Of a stretch of 64,000 nucleotides of DNA, positions 61,238 to 64,000 are shown piece after piece; position 1 is the first letter of the stretch; the number at the start of each line of letters is the position of its first letter. Source of the DNA: Kiritimatiellia bacterium (lineage in GTDB: Bacteria; Verrucomicrobiota; Kiritimatiellia; CAIVKH01); NCBI GenBank assembly GCA_035327665.1, contig DAOLCW010000006.1, positions 165 through 64,164 on the forward strand, given 5' to 3'. The translations under genes were made by a program, and so were the position numbers. The notes beneath the pieces were generated by a model. It saw nothing but the letters and a program-made list of their open reading frames with translations, made no database searches and was not told the DNA's origin.

Positions 61238-61570
61238 TTACTGGCTTTCGATTCCGACAGCTATTTCCAAAGCCAGATCAAGCATGTGCATCTTCTTCGA
61301 TGACAGTGAACCGACATAATTGGTTAGCCGGTTTTTGGTTAAACTTACCAACTCATCACAGTGAATACTGCTATCATGCTTGAGCCCTTCGCTTGTTCCG
61401 ACCGGGACTTGGGTGCTAAGTCCATCATGCACCGTGTAGATTGGCGCACAAATGACCGTCGAGAATGTTGAGTCAATCACAACCTGTCTGCCGACAATGA
61501 CAAAGACGCGTGACTTCTTGGGATCTCTTGAACTCGGGTGTTCGACGCGGTAAAGCTCGCCTCTCCTCAT
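61238..61570 (-). CDS. MazF/PemK-family type II toxin (endoribonuclease-like)
   Basis: [46 protein letters not shown]… matches the PemK/MazF pattern (RGDIY.VdL.p..G.E..K.RP.LVvs…v.v.PiTs). ATG at 61570 overlaps the upstream gene's stop. Confidence 0.7.
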   Translation of the reverse strand: MRRGELYRVEHPSSRDPKKSRVFVIVGRQVVIDSTFSTVICAPIYTVHDGLSTQVPVGTSEGLKHDSSIHCDELVSLTKNRLTNYVGSLSSKKMHMLDLALEIAVGIESQ

Positions 61571-61797
61571 GTGGACACCTGGAAGTCCAGGACGGCTTCG
61601 GCTTCCTTGTTCATGGCCACAGCTTTTCGGTCAATGATCTCGCGATCACGCCGATCGCTCTCGCTTCGTGACAATTGCGACAGGTAGTTCTTCACCGCGT
61701 TTTCAATGAAATTTGACCGGTTTTTGAATTTGCCGAGATTCCGGTCAATGTTTTTCAACAACTCGTCAGAAAGTGTGATGGATGTCTTTATTTTCAT
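61567..61797 (-). CDS. ribbon-helix-helix (CopG-like) antitoxin
   Basis: Internal ATG at 61797 ([39 protein letters not shown]) has an RHH N-terminus. There is a 4-nt overlap with the toxin gene. Confidence 0.65.
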   Translation of the reverse strand: MKIKTSITLSDELLKNIDRNLGKFKNRSNFIENAVKNYLSQLSRSESDRRDREIIDRKAVAMNKEAEAVLDFQVST

Positions 61798-61982
61798 ACC
61801 ACCATTATACCCCGCCAAGCGGATAGGTAAATTACTTTTCTTGCCGAACGCCCATGCTAACGGGCGCGCGGTAGCGAGTACCGTTCAGTGTGTTTGAACC
61901 ATGGACCGGACTTCTCTTGGGGGACAGGTCGCTTTTAGACCAAGATTCACAATAAGCCTGATTCTATGGGTTATTACGAAAC

Positions 61983-62058
61983 TGGCACCCCCAACGGGAT
62001 TCGAACCCGTGTTACTAGGATGAGAACCTAGCGTCCTAGGCCTCTAGACGATGGGGGC
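61983..62058 (-). tRNA. tRNA-Glu (anticodon CUC)
   Basis: The reverse complement GCCCCCATCGTCTAGAGGCCTAGGACGCTAGGTTCTCATCCTAGTAACACGGGTTCGAATCCCGTTGGGGGTGCCA folds as a cloverleaf. Its 5' half is near-identical to E. coli tRNA-Glu, the anticodon loop is TTCTCAT, the T-loop is TTCGAAT, and CCA is encoded. Confidence 0.85.
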
Positions 62059-62078
62059 CTTGTTTGAAAGCCGGGAAA

Positions 62079-62153
62079 TGGCTCCGACGGTAGGGCTCGA
62101 ACCTACAACCTAGTGGTTAACAGCCACCCGCTCTACCATTGAGCTACGTCGGA
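62079..62153 (-). tRNA. tRNA-Asn (anticodon GUU)
   Basis: The reverse complement TCCGACGTAGCTCAATGGTAGAGCGGGTGGCTGTTAACCACTAGGTTGTAGGTTCGAGCCCTACCGTCGGAGCCA has a 7-bp acceptor stem, anticodon loop CTGTTAA, T-loop TTCGAGC and an encoded CCA. U1 is as in E. coli tRNA-Asn. Confidence 0.85.
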
Positions 62154-62228
62154 AGCAGAAAACGGTGGCAAACTATGAATATCCGAAGCTTGAAAGTCAA
62201 GGGGTTTTGCACAACGGTGGGGCCCGTC

Positions 62229-62756
62229 ATGAAACATTCCCACTCCCGTCGTTACGATCATCCCATCCGCTGGCCCCACCCGCCCCTCAACGTGGTCCTC
62301 GTCGAACCGGAAATCCCCCCCAACACCGGAAACATCGCCCGCATGTGCGCCGCCACCGGCTCCCGACTCCACCTCGTCGAACCCCTCGGGTTTTCCATCG
62401 ACGACGCCAAACTCCGCCGCGCCGGCCTCGACTACTGGGACGCCATCGCCCCCATCCTCCATCCCAACCTCGATGCCTTCTTCGCCCGTGAAAATCCCCC
62501 CCGCTTCTTCCTCTACAGCACCGGAGGCTCCCTCCTCTACACCGACATCACCTACCAACCCGGCGACTACCTTCTCTTCGGCTCCGAAACCCGTGGTCTC
62601 CCCGACGACCTCCTCGCCCGCCACCCCCACCTCGTCGCCGGCATTCCCCTCTTGACCCAGCATGTCCGGTCCTTAAACCTCTCCACCGCCGCCGGCATCG
62701 TCGTCTACGAAGCCATTCGTCAACTTCAACTAGGTTTGAACACAGAAAACGGCTAG
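62229..62756 (+). CDS. trmL: tRNA (cytidine/uridine-2'-O)-methyltransferase TrmL (SpoU/TrmH family)
   Basis: LNVVLVEPEIPPNTGNIARMCAATGSRLHLVEPLGFSIDDAKLRRAGLDYWD…GDYLLFGSETRGLP…SLNLSTAAGIVVYEAIRQL aligns throughout with E. coli TrmL. The start is set at the internal ATG 62229; ATG 62175 is possible. The track start at 62139 would overlap tRNA-Asn. Confidence 0.85.
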   Translation: MKHSHSRRYDHPIRWPHPPLNVVLVEPEIPPNTGNIARMCAATGSRLHLVEPLGFSIDDAKLRRAGLDYWDAIAPILHPNLDAFFARENPPRFFLYSTGGSLLYTDITYQPGDYLLFGSETRGLPDDLLARHPHLVAGIPLLTQHVRSLNLSTAAGIVVYEAIRQLQLGLNTENG

Positions 62757-62790
62757 CCGTCTAAACCCACCAATTGAAAGGAGCCATTGT

Positions 62791-63780
<990 letters not shown>

Positions 63781-63823
63781 CCCCCAACCTGGAGGGGCGC
63801 CCTCCCCCGCCCCCGAGACGGCC

Positions 63824-64000
63824 ATGATCCCAGCGGAAATCCTCAAAAAGATTCAGCAGATCCAGATCCGCACCCGCGGCGTCGTCACCGACGCCTTCGC
63901 CGGGCAATACCACAGCGTCTTCAAGGGCCAGGGCATGGAGTTCGAGGAAGTCCGCGAATACGTCCCCGGCGACGACATTCGCACCATCGACTGGAACGTC
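63824..64000 (+). CDS. DUF58-family protein (MoxR partner), 3' end outside window
   Basis: ATG at 63824. MIPAEILKKIQQIQIRTRGVVTDAFAGQYHSVFKGQGMEFEEVREYVPGDDIRTIDWNV is the conserved DUF58 N-terminus usually found downstream of moxR. Confidence 0.75.
   Translation, partial: MIPAEILKKIQQIQIRTRGVVTDAFAGQYHSVFKGQGMEFEEVREYVPGDDIRTIDWNV

Overview
This is a GC-rich (~60%) bacterial chromosomal segment. The gene content and order look PVC-like, possibly Verrucomicrobiota, but I could not verify that. The main regions are: (1) 1–7.5 kb, a cluster of secreted right-handed beta-helix proteins, three of them paralogs with a conserved ~45-aa N-terminal module, plus a repeat protein and a cupredoxin/LamG protein. 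(2) 7.7–10.2 kb, a DUF2059-like protein, map and aroG. (3) 10.3–22.8 kb, a signal-transduction island: LysM/FecR protein, CHASE2 sensor kinase, sigma54-type response regulator, two stand-alone receivers, two hybrid kinases, a membrane PAS protein, DUF2237 and a FIST sensor. (4) 22.9–32.7 kb, housekeeping genes: gatCAB, prfA, lpxA, radC, hflX, miaA, lspA, and a DksA-like protein with a histone-H1-like Lys/Ala/Pro tail. (5) 32.8–62.2 kb, an accessory region: an operator-like triple repeat, an orphan hicB-like gene and a degenerate integrase remnant. It is dominated by a single uninterrupted 26,082-nt ORF (34182..60263, minus strand; 8,693 aa) encoding a giant secreted multidomain adhesin-like protein. 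That gene is bracketed by two ~165-bp imperfect direct repeats. Upstream of it lie an XRE regulator, a mazEF-like toxin–antitoxin pair and tRNA-Glu/tRNA-Asn. (6) 62.2–64 kb: trmL, a moxR-like AAA+ ATPase and the 5' end of a DUF58 gene. The giant repeat-flanked gene locus is the most unusual content. All domain assignments are from reading the translations by eye; no database search was run.
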